Of a stretch of DNA of 64,000 bases, positions 43,244 through 52,754 are shown one piece after another (position 1 is the stretch's first letter; each line of letters opens with the position of its first letter). The notes below the pieces were generated by a model, which saw only the letters and a program-made list of their open reading frames with translations, was not told where the DNA came from and searched no databases. Source of the DNA: Myxococcales bacterium (GTDB lineage Bacteria; Myxococcota_A; Polyangia; Fen-1088); contig JANPFD010000236.1 of NCBI GenBank assembly GCA_031423255.1, positions 171,180 through 235,179 of the forward strand, read 5' to 3'. The position numbers and the translations under genes were made by a program.

Positions 43244-44013
43244 AGAAGGCGATCATCGTCGCCGCGGGGCGCGGCCGGCGCCTCGGCCACGAGACCGACG
43301 ACATCCCCAAGTGCATGGTGAAGGTAGGCGGCCGCCCGATCCTGCACTGGCAACTCCGCGCTCTGACCAGCGCAGGCGTCGACGACCTCCTGCTGGTGCG
43401 CGGCTACCTGGGTAGTCGCATCGACGGCGGCGCCCATCGCCTGCGCTTCGTCGAGAACCCCGACTGGGCGAACAACAACATCCTCGCCTCGCTGATGTGC
43501 GCCGGGGCCGAGCTGGATACCGGCTTTTACTTCTCGTACTCGGACATCGTCTTCGCGCCCCGGGTCGTGGCCCAGCTGGCCGCGGAGGCGGACCGCGCCG
43601 ACATCGCGCTGGTGGTCGACCGCCGCTGGCGCGACGCGTACGAGGGGCGCACCGAGCACCCTGTCGACGAAGGCGAGGTGGCCCGCGTCGAGCGCGGCCT
43701 GGTCACGCGCGTCGGCAAACGGTCGTTGCCAGCCGAGGAAGCGGCCGGCGAGTTCATCGGGCTGGCCCACGTGTCGCCGCGCGGTGCCGCCGCGCTGCGG
43801 GCGGTGTGGGAGCGCGCCCTCCGCGACGGTGGACTGGAAGCCCCGTTCGGACTGGCTCCGAACCTGCGGCAGGCGTACTTGACCGACGCGCTCAATGCGC
43901 TCGCCGACGCGGGCACGCCGCTTGCCGCCGTGCTCATCGACGGTGGCTGGCGCGAGATCGACACCGGCCAGGATCTGGCGAGCGCAGGCCGCGTCGTCGC
44001 CGAGTGGTCCTGA
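43240..44013 (+). CDS. Sugar-phosphate/alcohol-phosphate nucleotidyltransferase (GlmU/RmlA/LicC-like NTP_transferase fold)
   Basis: Signature AIIVAAGRGRRLG and ATG overlapping the stop of the CDP-alcohol phosphatidyltransferase gene (ATGA). Confidence 0.7.
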   Translation: MKKAIIVAAGRGRRLGHETDDIPKCMVKVGGRPILHWQLRALTSAGVDDLLLVRGYLGSRIDGGAHRLRFVENPDWANNNILASLMCAGAELDTGFYFSYSDIVFAPRVVAQLAAEADRADIALVVDRRWRDAYEGRTEHPVDEGEVARVERGLVTRVGKRSLPAEEAAGEFIGLAHVSPRGAAALRAVWERALRDGGLEAPFGLAPNLRQAYLTDALNALADAGTPLAAVLIDGGWREIDTGQDLASAGRVVAEWS

Positions 44014-44411
44014 TGCCCGGCAAGGATCCCGCGCACTGGCTGCTCCGCCTGGACGCAGGCGAGTGGCTGGACGCCGCCGAGACCGATCTCGGACACGGCG
44101 AGGCGGTGCTTGGCCGCCGCGACGTCCGCGCAGAGGTGACGCACGCGCGCAGGGCAGCGGGCATGGCCGTGAACGCCTTGCTGGTCGGCGATCCGCATGA
44201 CCGTTGGGGCCGCAGCTACATGGATCACGTGCGCGCCCTCGTCGACGACCCGACGGTCCCCGCCGAGATCCGCGCCGCCGCGCTCGCTCTGCGCGACACC
44301 CCGCCGCGCCGGCCGGATCTGGTGACCATCGGCAAGCCGGATCGCACGGTGCTGGACGCGGCCGCCACGATCATCGGATGGGCGCGCCGTCAGTGCAGGG
44401 CGAAGGGGTAG
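44013..44411 (+). CDS. HEPN-like domain protein
   Basis: Helical region with an R-x4-H motif (RAEVTHARRAAGMAVNALL) resembling HEPN. The ATG overlaps the upstream stop (TGATG). Confidence 0.45.
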   Translation: MPGKDPAHWLLRLDAGEWLDAAETDLGHGEAVLGRRDVRAEVTHARRAAGMAVNALLVGDPHDRWGRSYMDHVRALVDDPTVPAEIRAAALALRDTPPRRPDLVTIGKPDRTVLDAAATIIGWARRQCRAKG

Positions 44412-44950
44412 CTGACGATCTGGCTTCGGCTGGACGCCGGGAAGCGAAGCCGCGACACGATGCCCTTGAGGCAGGCGTAAAGACCGCCCTTCTGCAGGAT
44501 CGCCGGTGCCTCGACGCGCACCCCGCGCACGGCCCCGGTACGCTGGATCCGGAACTTCACCGTGACCCGTCCGGGCACGTCGGTCTCCGGATCTGGCCGC
44601 GACCGGGAGATGCAGTCGAGCATCGCCGGCTCCTCGGCGCGAAACGGTGCGTCGATCTCGTCTTGCTCCAGTTCTCGCGTCTCTCCCCGTTCGCCGAGAT
44701 CCATGCGGACGACATCCGGCCGCGACAGATCCTCGCCTTCGCCCACCGATCTCAGGTCGGCAGCGGACAGTTGCACCACGGGACGCTCGTCACCCGCAGC
44801 GCGCTTGCGCTTCTTCTTGGCCATCGGGGCTACCCCTGCGTCCGGTGCGATCGAGGGGGCCACCACCGCCGGCCGACGGTACGCGTCCCAGGCGATGTAT
44901 GCTGCGAAGAGCAGGGACGCCGTGGCAAAACCGAGGAAGAACCCTTTCAC
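44390..44950 (-). CDS. Hypothetical membrane-anchored protein (N-terminal TM, basic KKKRKR patch, conserved C-terminal domain)
   Basis: ORF convergent with the HEPN gene. The N-terminus is MKGFFLGFATASLLFAAYIAW. Confidence 0.45.
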   Translation of the reverse strand: MKGFFLGFATASLLFAAYIAWDAYRRPAVVAPSIAPDAGVAPMAKKKRKRAAGDERPVVQLSAADLRSVGEGEDLSRPDVVRMDLGERGETRELEQDEIDAPFRAEEPAMLDCISRSRPDPETDVPGRVTVKFRIQRTGAVRGVRVEAPAILQKGGLYACLKGIVSRLRFPASSRSQIVSYPFALH

Positions 44951-45019
44951 CTTGACCTGCCAGAACTTGACGCACTATCTTACAATTCCGTTCATTTTGC
45001 TTGGGAGACGACACGACCG

Positions 45020-45313
45020 ATGAAGAAATCCGACCTGGTTGACCTGGTGGCGCAGCGACAGAATCTGCCGCGGCCGCAGGTCGAAGCAACGATCGACTCT
45101 TTCCTGGACGCGGTGGCCGAGGGCCTGACCCGCGGGGAGCGGATCGATTTCCGCGGCTTCGGAGCCTTCACCGTCCGTGAGAGCGCCGCGCGCACGGGCC
45201 GCAACCCGCGCACCGGCGAGGCGATCCAGATCGCGGCGCGCAAGACGCCGGCGTTCCGGGTCGGCAAGGAGCTCAAGGACCGAGTGAACGGCAGCGGGCC
45301 GGCGACGACGTAG
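45020..45313 (+). CDS. HU/IHF-family DNA-binding protein (IHF beta-like)
   Basis: Family signature R.G.NP.TGE...I.A...P.F..GK and a 97-aa length. Confidence 0.85.
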   Translation: MKKSDLVDLVAQRQNLPRPQVEATIDSFLDAVAEGLTRGERIDFRGFGAFTVRESAARTGRNPRTGEAIQIAARKTPAFRVGKELKDRVNGSGPATT

Positions 45314-45350
45314 CAGGCGAGGCAGAGGTAAGGACAAGGGAAGTCGTTCG

Positions 45351-45911
45351 ATGGGCACGCGCCTTTTCGTTGGGAATCTTTCGTACAGCGTCACCGAGCA
45401 GGACCTGAAGGAAGCCTTCACTGGCAACGGAGTCGAGGTCCGCAGCGTGCGGGTCGCCCTCGACCGCGAGACCGGCAGGCCGCGCGGGTTCGCCTTCGTC
45501 GAGACCGTCACCGAGGACGGCGCGAAGGCCTCGATGGAGAAGCTGACCGGGCTGATCCTGCAGGGACGGCCGATGGTGGTCCAGGAGGCGCAGGCGCGCC
45601 CGCCGGGACCAAGACCGGGCGCCCCTGGCGGTCCGGGGGGTCCGCCTCGTCCCTTCGGAGGCCCGCCACGCCCCGGTGGTCCGCCAGGCGGCGGCTTCGG
45701 GGGCCCTCCCCGCCCTTTCGGACCCGGCGGCACGGGCGGTCCGCCGCGCAACTTCGGTCCACCCCGTCCGCCCGGCAGCGGCTTCGCGCCCGGGGGCGAC
45801 AAGCCTCCTGGACGTCAGCAGCGTCCCGAGAAGAAGAAGTCGACGAGGCCCAAGCCCGAGGACGGCGAGCGGGGCAACTGGCGCTGGAAGGGCACGATCG
45901 ACGAGGACTGA
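45351..45911 (+). CDS. RRM-domain RNA-binding protein with a Gly/Pro-rich tail
   Basis: RNP-2 (LFVGNL) and RNP-1 (RGFAFVE) motifs. Confidence 0.8.
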   Translation: MGTRLFVGNLSYSVTEQDLKEAFTGNGVEVRSVRVALDRETGRPRGFAFVETVTEDGAKASMEKLTGLILQGRPMVVQEAQARPPGPRPGAPGGPGGPPRPFGGPPRPGGPPGGGFGGPPRPFGPGGTGGPPRNFGPPRPPGSGFAPGGDKPPGRQQRPEKKKSTRPKPEDGERGNWRWKGTIDED

Positions 45912-45937
45912 AGCCGCCCTTGCGGCTCCGGTGAGCC

Positions 45938-46702
45938 ATGGCGCGCGTGCTGGTTGTCGACGAGGATCCGTGGACCCAGAGAATGGTCTCGGCGGTCCTG
46001 TCCCACGCGGGGCACGAGGTCGAGCTCGCGGCCGACGGGTGGGAGGCGCTGATCCGGTCCGGACAGGCCACGCCCGATCTGGTGATCACCGACGTCAAGC
46101 TCCCGTCGACGGATGGCTGGGCCTTCGCGGCCACGCTGCGCAGCCGGCGCGACACCGCGGACGTCCCGATCATCTTTCTGGCCGGCTTCAGTTCGGACCG
46201 CACCCCGGGTGACAGCTTCCGCCCCGACCACGACCAGCTTCTGGAGAAGCCGTTCCGTCTCGAGCAACTCGAAACGGTGGTGGCCAAGATCCTGGGGTCG
46301 CTACCCCCAACGCCGCTCTCCCGCACCGCTTCGCTGTCGCCCGCGGCGACGGCCGAGCCGACGCGGCGGCTCGTGCTGTCCGGCCAGCTCGCGGAGTTCG
46401 CGGTGTCGAGCGTGCTCATCGTGCTCGAGCTCGAGCGCAAGACCGGCGTGCTGTCGCTGTCTGGCGCCGACAAGGCCGGCCGGATCGCGATCCGCGAGGG
46501 CCGGGTGATCCGGGCGCAGGTCGACGGAGAAGGGCCGCGCAAGGGCGCACTGGCCGTGTACGAGCTCCTGACCTGGACGCGTGGCCGCTTCGAGTTCAAC
46601 GCCGGCGACGTCGCCGACGAGGACGAGATCGGGGCCTCGACGTCGTTCCTGCTCCTGGAAGGCGCGCGTCTCCAGGACGAGAACAAGCGGGAGAACAACT
46701 GA
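45938..46702 (+). CDS. Response-regulator receiver domain fused to a DUF4388 domain
   Basis: REC with acceptor Asp (DLVITDVKLP) and conserved Lys (EKP). The C-terminal SSVLIVLELERKTGVLS...EGRV region is DUF4388-like. Confidence 0.7.
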   Translation: MARVLVVDEDPWTQRMVSAVLSHAGHEVELAADGWEALIRSGQATPDLVITDVKLPSTDGWAFAATLRSRRDTADVPIIFLAGFSSDRTPGDSFRPDHDQLLEKPFRLEQLETVVAKILGSLPPTPLSRTASLSPAATAEPTRRLVLSGQLAEFAVSSVLIVLELERKTGVLSLSGADKAGRIAIREGRVIRAQVDGEGPRKGALAVYELLTWTRGRFEFNAGDVADEDEIGASTSFLLLEGARLQDENKRENN

Positions 46703-46713
46703 GCTCCGAGATC

Positions 46714-47646
46714 ATGCCGCTGCGTCTGCGCGTGCCTCTCGAGTACGAGGGGTGGCGGCTCGATCATTTCCTCAAGCGTCGGATCCGGCGCATGTCGCGC
46801 ACGAAGATCCAGTCGATCATTGCCAGCCAGGTACGGCTGCCGGACGGGCGCCCGGCGCGGGCATCGACCAGCGTTCGGGGCGGCGAGCTGATCATCCTCG
46901 ATCGCCCTGCCCCCAAGGAGCCGCCCGTGCCCCGCCACTTCGGGGTGCTGGCCGAGGACGACACCTTCCTGGCCATCGACAAGCCGGCAGGGCTACCGAT
47001 CCACACCACCGCCAAGTTCTGGAAGAACACCCTGTGCGCGGTCCTGCGCGAGCGCTACCCCGACGAGCCGATGCAGGTGTGCCACCGCCTGGACCGCGAG
47101 ACATCGGGGGTCCTGTTGGTGGCGCGCGTCCCCGACGCGGCGTCGTTCCTCAAGCGCGCGTTCGCGCGACGTGCCGTGGACAAGACTTACCTCGCCCTCG
47201 TTCACGGCCTGCCTCCCGCCGAGGGGCGCATCGACCTGCCGATCAAGCTTCTGGACACGCCAACCCACCTGATGATGGGCGTCGCCAGGGATCACGACAA
47301 AGACGGACTGCCGTCGGTGACGGCGTACCGGGTGGTGCGCGTGTTCGCCCGGCACGCTCTCGTCGAGGCGTCGCCACACACCGGCCGCCAGCATCAGATC
47401 CGCGTCCACCTTGCCGCGCTCGGCCACCCGATCGTCGGTGACAAGCTGTACCGCACCGGCGAGAAAGCGTTCATGGCCTATTGTGATGGCGGGATGACGC
47501 CCGAGCTGCTCGAGGCGTTCGACGGGCTGCCACGCCACGCGCTGCACGCCCACCGGCTCACCTTCCCCCATGCACGCACCGGCGAACGCGTCACGGTCGA
47601 GAGCCCGTTGCCTTCCGATCTGACCGCGTACATGGAATCGCTGTGA
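46714..47646 (+). CDS. RluA-family pseudouridine synthase
   Basis: Catalytic motif HRLDRETSG, plus an S4-like N-terminus. Confidence 0.85.
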   Translation: MPLRLRVPLEYEGWRLDHFLKRRIRRMSRTKIQSIIASQVRLPDGRPARASTSVRGGELIILDRPAPKEPPVPRHFGVLAEDDTFLAIDKPAGLPIHTTAKFWKNTLCAVLRERYPDEPMQVCHRLDRETSGVLLVARVPDAASFLKRAFARRAVDKTYLALVHGLPPAEGRIDLPIKLLDTPTHLMMGVARDHDKDGLPSVTAYRVVRVFARHALVEASPHTGRQHQIRVHLAALGHPIVGDKLYRTGEKAFMAYCDGGMTPELLEAFDGLPRHALHAHRLTFPHARTGERVTVESPLPSDLTAYMESL

Positions 47647-48389
47647 GCGCGCTGGCCCAGATCCGGATCTACCCGATCAAGTCGTTCGATCCGGTGATCG
47701 TCCCCGAGGCGCGGATCTCCGAGGGGGGCGCGCTCGCGTGGGACCGGCGGTGGGCGCTCTTCGATCCCGGCGACGGGAAGTTCCTGAACGGCAAGAAATG
47801 CGAGGCGCTCCACCGCCTGCGCGCCCGTTACGACCTCGCGGCCGGCAAGGTGACCCTGTCCGTCGCCGAGCGTGACTTCTCGCTGACCGATCTCGGTCCG
47901 CTCGAGGCGTGGCTGACTTCTTATCTGGCGCGCCCGGTGCGCATGGGCCGGAACGACGAGAACGGCTTCCCCGACGATCCGAAGGCCTGGGGACCGACGG
48001 TGGTGAGCACGGCGTCCCTGGAGGCGGTGGCCGCCTGGATGCCCGGCCTGACCGTCGATGACGTCCGACGTCGGTTCCGCGCCAACCTCGAGATCGCGGG
48101 CGTCCCGGCTTTCTGGGAAGATCGCCTGGCGCCGTTCTCGATCGGCGAGGTGGTGTTCGAGGCAGTCAACCCGTGCCAGCGCTGTCCCGTCCCGGCACGC
48201 GACCCGGAGACCGGCGTTGCCACGACCGGCTTCCAGAAGCGTTTCTCGGAAAAACGCGAGAGCGAGTTGCCCGCCTGGGCCGACCGCTCCCACTTCGACC
48301 ACTTCTACCGCTTCGCGCTCAACACCCGGATCCCACGCACCGAGGCGGGGAAGACCCTGCGCGTAGGAGACGTTGCTAAAACGAATTAG
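47643..48389 (+). CDS. MOSC-domain protein (MOSC_N beta-barrel plus MOSC)
   Basis: N-terminal IYPIKS and a conserved Cys in NPCQRCPVP. Confidence 0.75.
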   Translation: MSALAQIRIYPIKSFDPVIVPEARISEGGALAWDRRWALFDPGDGKFLNGKKCEALHRLRARYDLAAGKVTLSVAERDFSLTDLGPLEAWLTSYLARPVRMGRNDENGFPDDPKAWGPTVVSTASLEAVAAWMPGLTVDDVRRRFRANLEIAGVPAFWEDRLAPFSIGEVVFEAVNPCQRCPVPARDPETGVATTGFQKRFSEKRESELPAWADRSHFDHFYRFALNTRIPRTEAGKTLRVGDVAKTN

Positions 48390-48400
48390 CCGGTGATACC

Positions 48401-49903
48401 ATGACACCCATGGCGCTGCTCGAAGTCACCGCCGCGAGCAAGTCCTTCGGTGGCGTTGCCGCGCTCAAGGGCGTGTCGTTCGACCTGGCGGCGGGCGAGG
48501 TGCACGCGCTCGTGGGCGAGAACGGTGCCGGCAAATCGACGCTGATCAAGGTCATCACGGGAGCGCACCGGCCAGATGCGGGCACGGTGAAGCTCGACGG
48601 GCATGCGATCGACGGCAACTCGCCGGTGGTCTCCCGCCGGCTGGGGATCGCCGCCATCTACCAGCAGCCGGCGCTGCTGCCGGATCTCACCGTCGAGGAG
48701 AACATCGGCCTGGCGCTGGAGCAGCCCGGCGCCCTCTCGATCATTCGCTGGAAGGAACGGCGAACACGCGCGCAAGCGCTGCTGGCGCGGGTCGGTGCCT
48801 CCATCGCGCCCGACGCCCTGGTGCGCGAGCTGACCATGCCGCAGCAGCAGCTGGTGGAGATCGCGCGCGCTCTCGGCACCGAGGCGAAGGTGCTGATCAT
48901 GGACGAGCCGACCGCCTCGCTGTCCGAGCGCGAGGTGGAGAACCTGTTCCGGGTGATGCGCGAGCTGCGCGCCGCGGGCGTCGGCATCATCTACATCTCG
49001 CACCGTCTCGAGGAGCTGTTCGGGCTGGCCGATCGGGTGACGGCGCTGCGCGACGGGACGCTGGTGGGAACGCGGCCGATGGCCGAGGTGGACCGCGCGG
49101 GCCTGATCCAGATGATGGTCGGTCGCGAACTGGAGGCGGTGTTCCCCAAGCAAACCGTCGCTATCGGGGATGTGGCCCTGGAGACGCGCGGCCTCGGCTG
49201 CGCGGCGTCGGGCGTGCGGGACGTCAGCCTGCAGGTGCGCGCCGGCGAGATCCTGGGCCTGGCGGGCTTGGTCGGCGCGGGCCGCACCGAGCTCGCGCGC
49301 GTGCTGTTCGGTCTGACCCCCGCGGACGCCGGGGAGATCCGCATGGCCGGACCGGTCACGATCCGTTCGCCGCAAGACGCGATCCGCCACGGCATCGCTT
49401 ACGTCCCGGAGGACCGCCGCCGTCACGGCGTGATCCTGGAGCTGTCCGTGGCCGCCAACACCACCTTGGCCTCGCTGCGCGGGCTGCGGCTCGACGACCG
49501 CGCCGAGCGGGAGACCGCCCGCCAGTTCGCCCTGCGCCTGGCGATCAAGACCCCGTCGGTGGACACGCCCGTCGGTCACCTCTCGGGCGGGAACCAGCAG
49601 AAGGTGGCGCTGGCACGCTGGCTGGCGACCGGGCCGAAGGTGCTGATCCTCGACGAGCCGACCCTGGGCGTCGACGTCGGCGCCAAGGCCGAGATCCACA
49701 GGGTGATGGGCGATCTCGCGGCCAAAGGACTGGCGATCGTGATGATCTCGTCCGAGCTGCCCGAGCTCCTGGGCATGTGTGACCGGATCGCGGTGATGCA
49801 CGGCGGGCGGATCCAGGGCGTGCTCGCGCGCGCCGAGGCGACTCAGGAGAAGATACTGGCGCTGGCGCTCGGCCCGCACAAGAGGCAGGCCGATGCGGCT
49901 TGA
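48401..49903 (+). CDS. Sugar ABC transporter ATP-binding protein (duplicated ABC domains, CUT2/RbsA-like)
   Basis: Walker A GENGAGKST and the signature LSGGNQQKV. Confidence 0.85.
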   Translation: MTPMALLEVTAASKSFGGVAALKGVSFDLAAGEVHALVGENGAGKSTLIKVITGAHRPDAGTVKLDGHAIDGNSPVVSRRLGIAAIYQQPALLPDLTVEENIGLALEQPGALSIIRWKERRTRAQALLARVGASIAPDALVRELTMPQQQLVEIARALGTEAKVLIMDEPTASLSEREVENLFRVMRELRAAGVGIIYISHRLEELFGLADRVTALRDGTLVGTRPMAEVDRAGLIQMMVGRELEAVFPKQTVAIGDVALETRGLGCAASGVRDVSLQVRAGEILGLAGLVGAGRTELARVLFGLTPADAGEIRMAGPVTIRSPQDAIRHGIAYVPEDRRRHGVILELSVAANTTLASLRGLRLDDRAERETARQFALRLAIKTPSVDTPVGHLSGGNQQKVALARWLATGPKVLILDEPTLGVDVGAKAEIHRVMGDLAAKGLAIVMISSELPELLGMCDRIAVMHGGRIQGVLARAEATQEKILALALGPHKRQADAA

Positions 49904-50840
49904 TCGCCACCGCCACGAGCTGTTCGTCGCTGTCGCCTACCTGGCCCTGCTGGCCGTCGTTGGTACGTTCGCGAAGGGCTTCTTCGCAGCGGGCAACCTG
50001 CGCGACATCGCGCTCGGCATCGCGCCGGTGCTGGTGGCGGCCATCGGAATGACCCTGGTGGTCATCGGGCGGCAGATCGACATATCGATCGGCTCGCAGC
50101 TGGCGATCGCGGGAGTCGTGATGGGGACGCTGGCCAAGGCGGGCGTCCCGCTGGCGCTGCTGGCGCCGCTGGTGCTGCTGGCCGGCGCAGCGATGGGCGC
50201 CGTGAACGGCGTCCTGGTGGCGGTGTTCGAGCTGCCGTCGATCGTCGTCACCCTGGCGACGATGGTCGCCTGGCGCGAGGCGCTCCGCTGGATCACCGAG
50301 GGCGCCGACATCTACGGCCTGCCCGACGATTTTCAGTGGCTGGGCCTGTCGCTCGCGGGCGGACGGACGCTGATCATCGGTGTGGCGCTCCTGCTGCTGG
50401 TCGCCTTCGCCTGGGGGATGCGCAACCTGGCGGTCGGACGCACGGTGTACGCCGTCGGCTCGGACGCCGAGATGTCGCGGCTGCTCGGCATCCGGCCTCG
50501 CCGGGTGACGTTCTTCCTGTTCGTGATGATGGGCGTCCTGACCGCCGCAGCGGCGTTCCTGGCGTCGATCCGGTTTCCGCAGATCCAGACCAACGCGGGC
50601 GTCGGCTTCGAGCTGCAGGTGGTGGCGGCCACCGTCGTCGGAGGCACCGCCGTCTCGGGTGGCCGCGGCACGCTGGTCGGGACGCTGCTCGGCGTCCTGC
50701 TGCTCGGCACCGTCGGCACCGCGCTGACCTTCCTGCACGTCAGCGCGCACTGGGAGCGGGCGTTGCAGGGCGCGATCATCCTGGTCGCCGTCGGGGCCGA
50801 TGCGCTCCACGCGCGGAAAGCGGCGGCACGTGCCACCTGA
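49893..50840 (+). CDS. ABC transporter permease (RbsC/BPD-2 family)
   Basis: About 10 TM helices, next to the ABC ATPase gene. Confidence 0.8.
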   Translation: MRLDRHRHELFVAVAYLALLAVVGTFAKGFFAAGNLRDIALGIAPVLVAAIGMTLVVIGRQIDISIGSQLAIAGVVMGTLAKAGVPLALLAPLVLLAGAAMGAVNGVLVAVFELPSIVVTLATMVAWREALRWITEGADIYGLPDDFQWLGLSLAGGRTLIIGVALLLLVAFAWGMRNLAVGRTVYAVGSDAEMSRLLGIRPRRVTFFLFVMMGVLTAAAAFLASIRFPQIQTNAGVGFELQVVAATVVGGTAVSGGRGTLVGTLLGVLLLGTVGTALTFLHVSAHWERALQGAIILVAVGADALHARKAAARAT

Positions 50841-51777
50841 GCGCGCGATTCGCCGCCAGGAGCTGGTGCTCGCGCTGCTGATCGCGGCCGAAGCGATCCT
50901 CTTCACCGTCATCGGGCACCACTTCGCGACGCTGGGCAACGCGTTCGAGATCGTCCGCCTCTCGACGGAGGTCGGCCTCCTGGCGCTCGCGCTGACGCCG
51001 GTGATCGTCACTGGTGGCATCGACCTGTCCGTCGGCTCGCTGCTGGCGCTCTCGGCCGTGGTGTTTGGCCTGGTGACACGCGAGTTCGGCTGGCCGGCGC
51101 CGGCCGGCGCTGCGCTGGCCATCGTCGTCGGTGGCGCGGGGGGCGCGATCAACGCAGCGCTGATCGCCGGACTGCGCCTGCCGCCGCTCATCGTCACTCT
51201 CGGCACTTTCTCGCTCTACCGGGGCCTCGCCGAAGGGATCACCGGCGGCGTGAAGAACTTCACCAACTTCGACGAGGGCTTCCTGGGCCTGGGTCAAGGC
51301 TACCTCCTCGGCCTCATCCCGGCGCAGCTGCCGATCCTCGCCGCGGTCGCGCTCGGCTACTACCTCCTCCTCGAGCGCAGCACGATCGGCCGCGCGCTCT
51401 ACGCCATCGGCTTTTCGCCCGAGGGGGCGCGGCACGCCGGCATCCCCGTCCGGGCTCGCCTGGCGCTCGTCTACGTGCTGTCCGGCGTGGTCTCCAGCAT
51501 CGCGGCGGTCATCTACGTCGCCCACGTGGGCCAGGCCAAGGCGAACGCCGGCACCAGCTACGAGCTGATGGCGATCACCGCGGTGGTGCTGGGGGGAACC
51601 TCGATCTTCGGCGGGCGTGGCACCATCGCCGGCACATTGCTGGGGCTGTTCGCCATCGCCGTGCTGCAAAACGGGCTCCGTCTGTCCGACGGGCCGTCCG
51701 AGCTGGCTGGTATCATGATCGGCGTCCTGCTGGTGGGCGCCCTGCTCGCCAACAAGCTGGTGGCACGACGCCGATGA
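50800..51777 (+). CDS. ABC transporter permease (second, RbsC-like)
   Basis: Paralogous permease. The start may instead be the in-frame GTG at 50830. Confidence 0.8.
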   Translation: MRSTRGKRRHVPPERAIRRQELVLALLIAAEAILFTVIGHHFATLGNAFEIVRLSTEVGLLALALTPVIVTGGIDLSVGSLLALSAVVFGLVTREFGWPAPAGAALAIVVGGAGGAINAALIAGLRLPPLIVTLGTFSLYRGLAEGITGGVKNFTNFDEGFLGLGQGYLLGLIPAQLPILAAVALGYYLLLERSTIGRALYAIGFSPEGARHAGIPVRARLALVYVLSGVVSSIAAVIYVAHVGQAKANAGTSYELMAITAVVLGGTSIFGGRGTIAGTLLGLFAIAVLQNGLRLSDGPSELAGIMIGVLLVGALLANKLVARRR

Positions 51778-52751
51778 GACGCGCAATCCTCGTCCTCGTT
51801 CTCGTTGTCGTTCCCTTGGCGGTCGGCTGCCGCAAGAGCGACCCCAATCGCCTCACGGTGGCGATGATGCCCAAGAGCAAGGGCAACCCTTACTTCGTCG
51901 CCGCGCACCGAGGCGCCGACCAGGCTGCGGACGAGCTGGGCATCAAGTTGCTCTGGGACGGCCCGACGGAGACCGATCCCGCCAAGCAGAACGAGGTGGT
52001 CGAGGCCTGGATCACCCGCGGCGTCGACGTCATCGCCGTCAGCGTCGAGAACCGCGAGGGGCTCGCCACCGTGTTGCGCAAGGCACGCGCCAAGGGAATC
52101 AAGATCGTCACCTGGGACTCGGACGCGCCCGAGGACGCGCGCGACTTCCTGGTGAACCAGGCGACCCCCGAGGGGATCGGCACCGTGCTCGCCGACCGGG
52201 CCGCCACGCTGCTGGGAGGCAAGGGCGAGTTCGCGGTGATCACGGCGTCTCTCACGGCTGCCAACCAGAACACGTGGCTCGAGTTCATCCGCGCCCGGAT
52301 GAAGGAGAAGCACCCCGGCCTCGAGCTCGTCGCCGTGCGCCCCAGCGACGACAAGCAGGATCTGGCCTTCGTCGAGGCGCAGAACATCCTCAAGGTCTAT
52401 CCGAACGTGAAGCTGATCATGGGGATCGCTTCGCCCGCGGTCCCCGGCGCCGCCGAGGCGGTCAAGCAGGCCGGCCGCAGCGACGTGAAGGTGATCGGCC
52501 TGGCGCTGCCGATCGCCTGCCGCAAGTACATTCACGAGGGCGCCATCGATTCCATCGTCCTGTGGAACGTGAACGACCTTGGCTACCTCACGGTCCACGT
52601 CGCGAACGCGCTCGGCCGGGGCAAGCTCAAACCGGGCATCACGAGCCTCGCCGCCGGCCACCTCGGCACCGTCGAGGTCAAGGGGACCCAGGTCCTCCTA
52701 GGCATCCCGATGGTTTTCGACAACGCGAACGTCGACCACTACGACTTCTGA
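51774..52751 (+). CDS. Periplasmic sugar-binding lipoprotein of the ABC transporter (RbsB/RhaS/LsrB-like)
   Basis: Lipobox LAVGC and a type I periplasmic binding fold. Confidence 0.8.
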   Translation: MRRAILVLVLVVVPLAVGCRKSDPNRLTVAMMPKSKGNPYFVAAHRGADQAADELGIKLLWDGPTETDPAKQNEVVEAWITRGVDVIAVSVENREGLATVLRKARAKGIKIVTWDSDAPEDARDFLVNQATPEGIGTVLADRAATLLGGKGEFAVITASLTAANQNTWLEFIRARMKEKHPGLELVAVRPSDDKQDLAFVEAQNILKVYPNVKLIMGIASPAVPGAAEAVKQAGRSDVKVIGLALPIACRKYIHEGAIDSIVLWNVNDLGYLTVHVANALGRGKLKPGITSLAAGHLGTVEVKGTQVLLGIPMVFDNANVDHYDF

Positions 52752-52754
52752 CGT

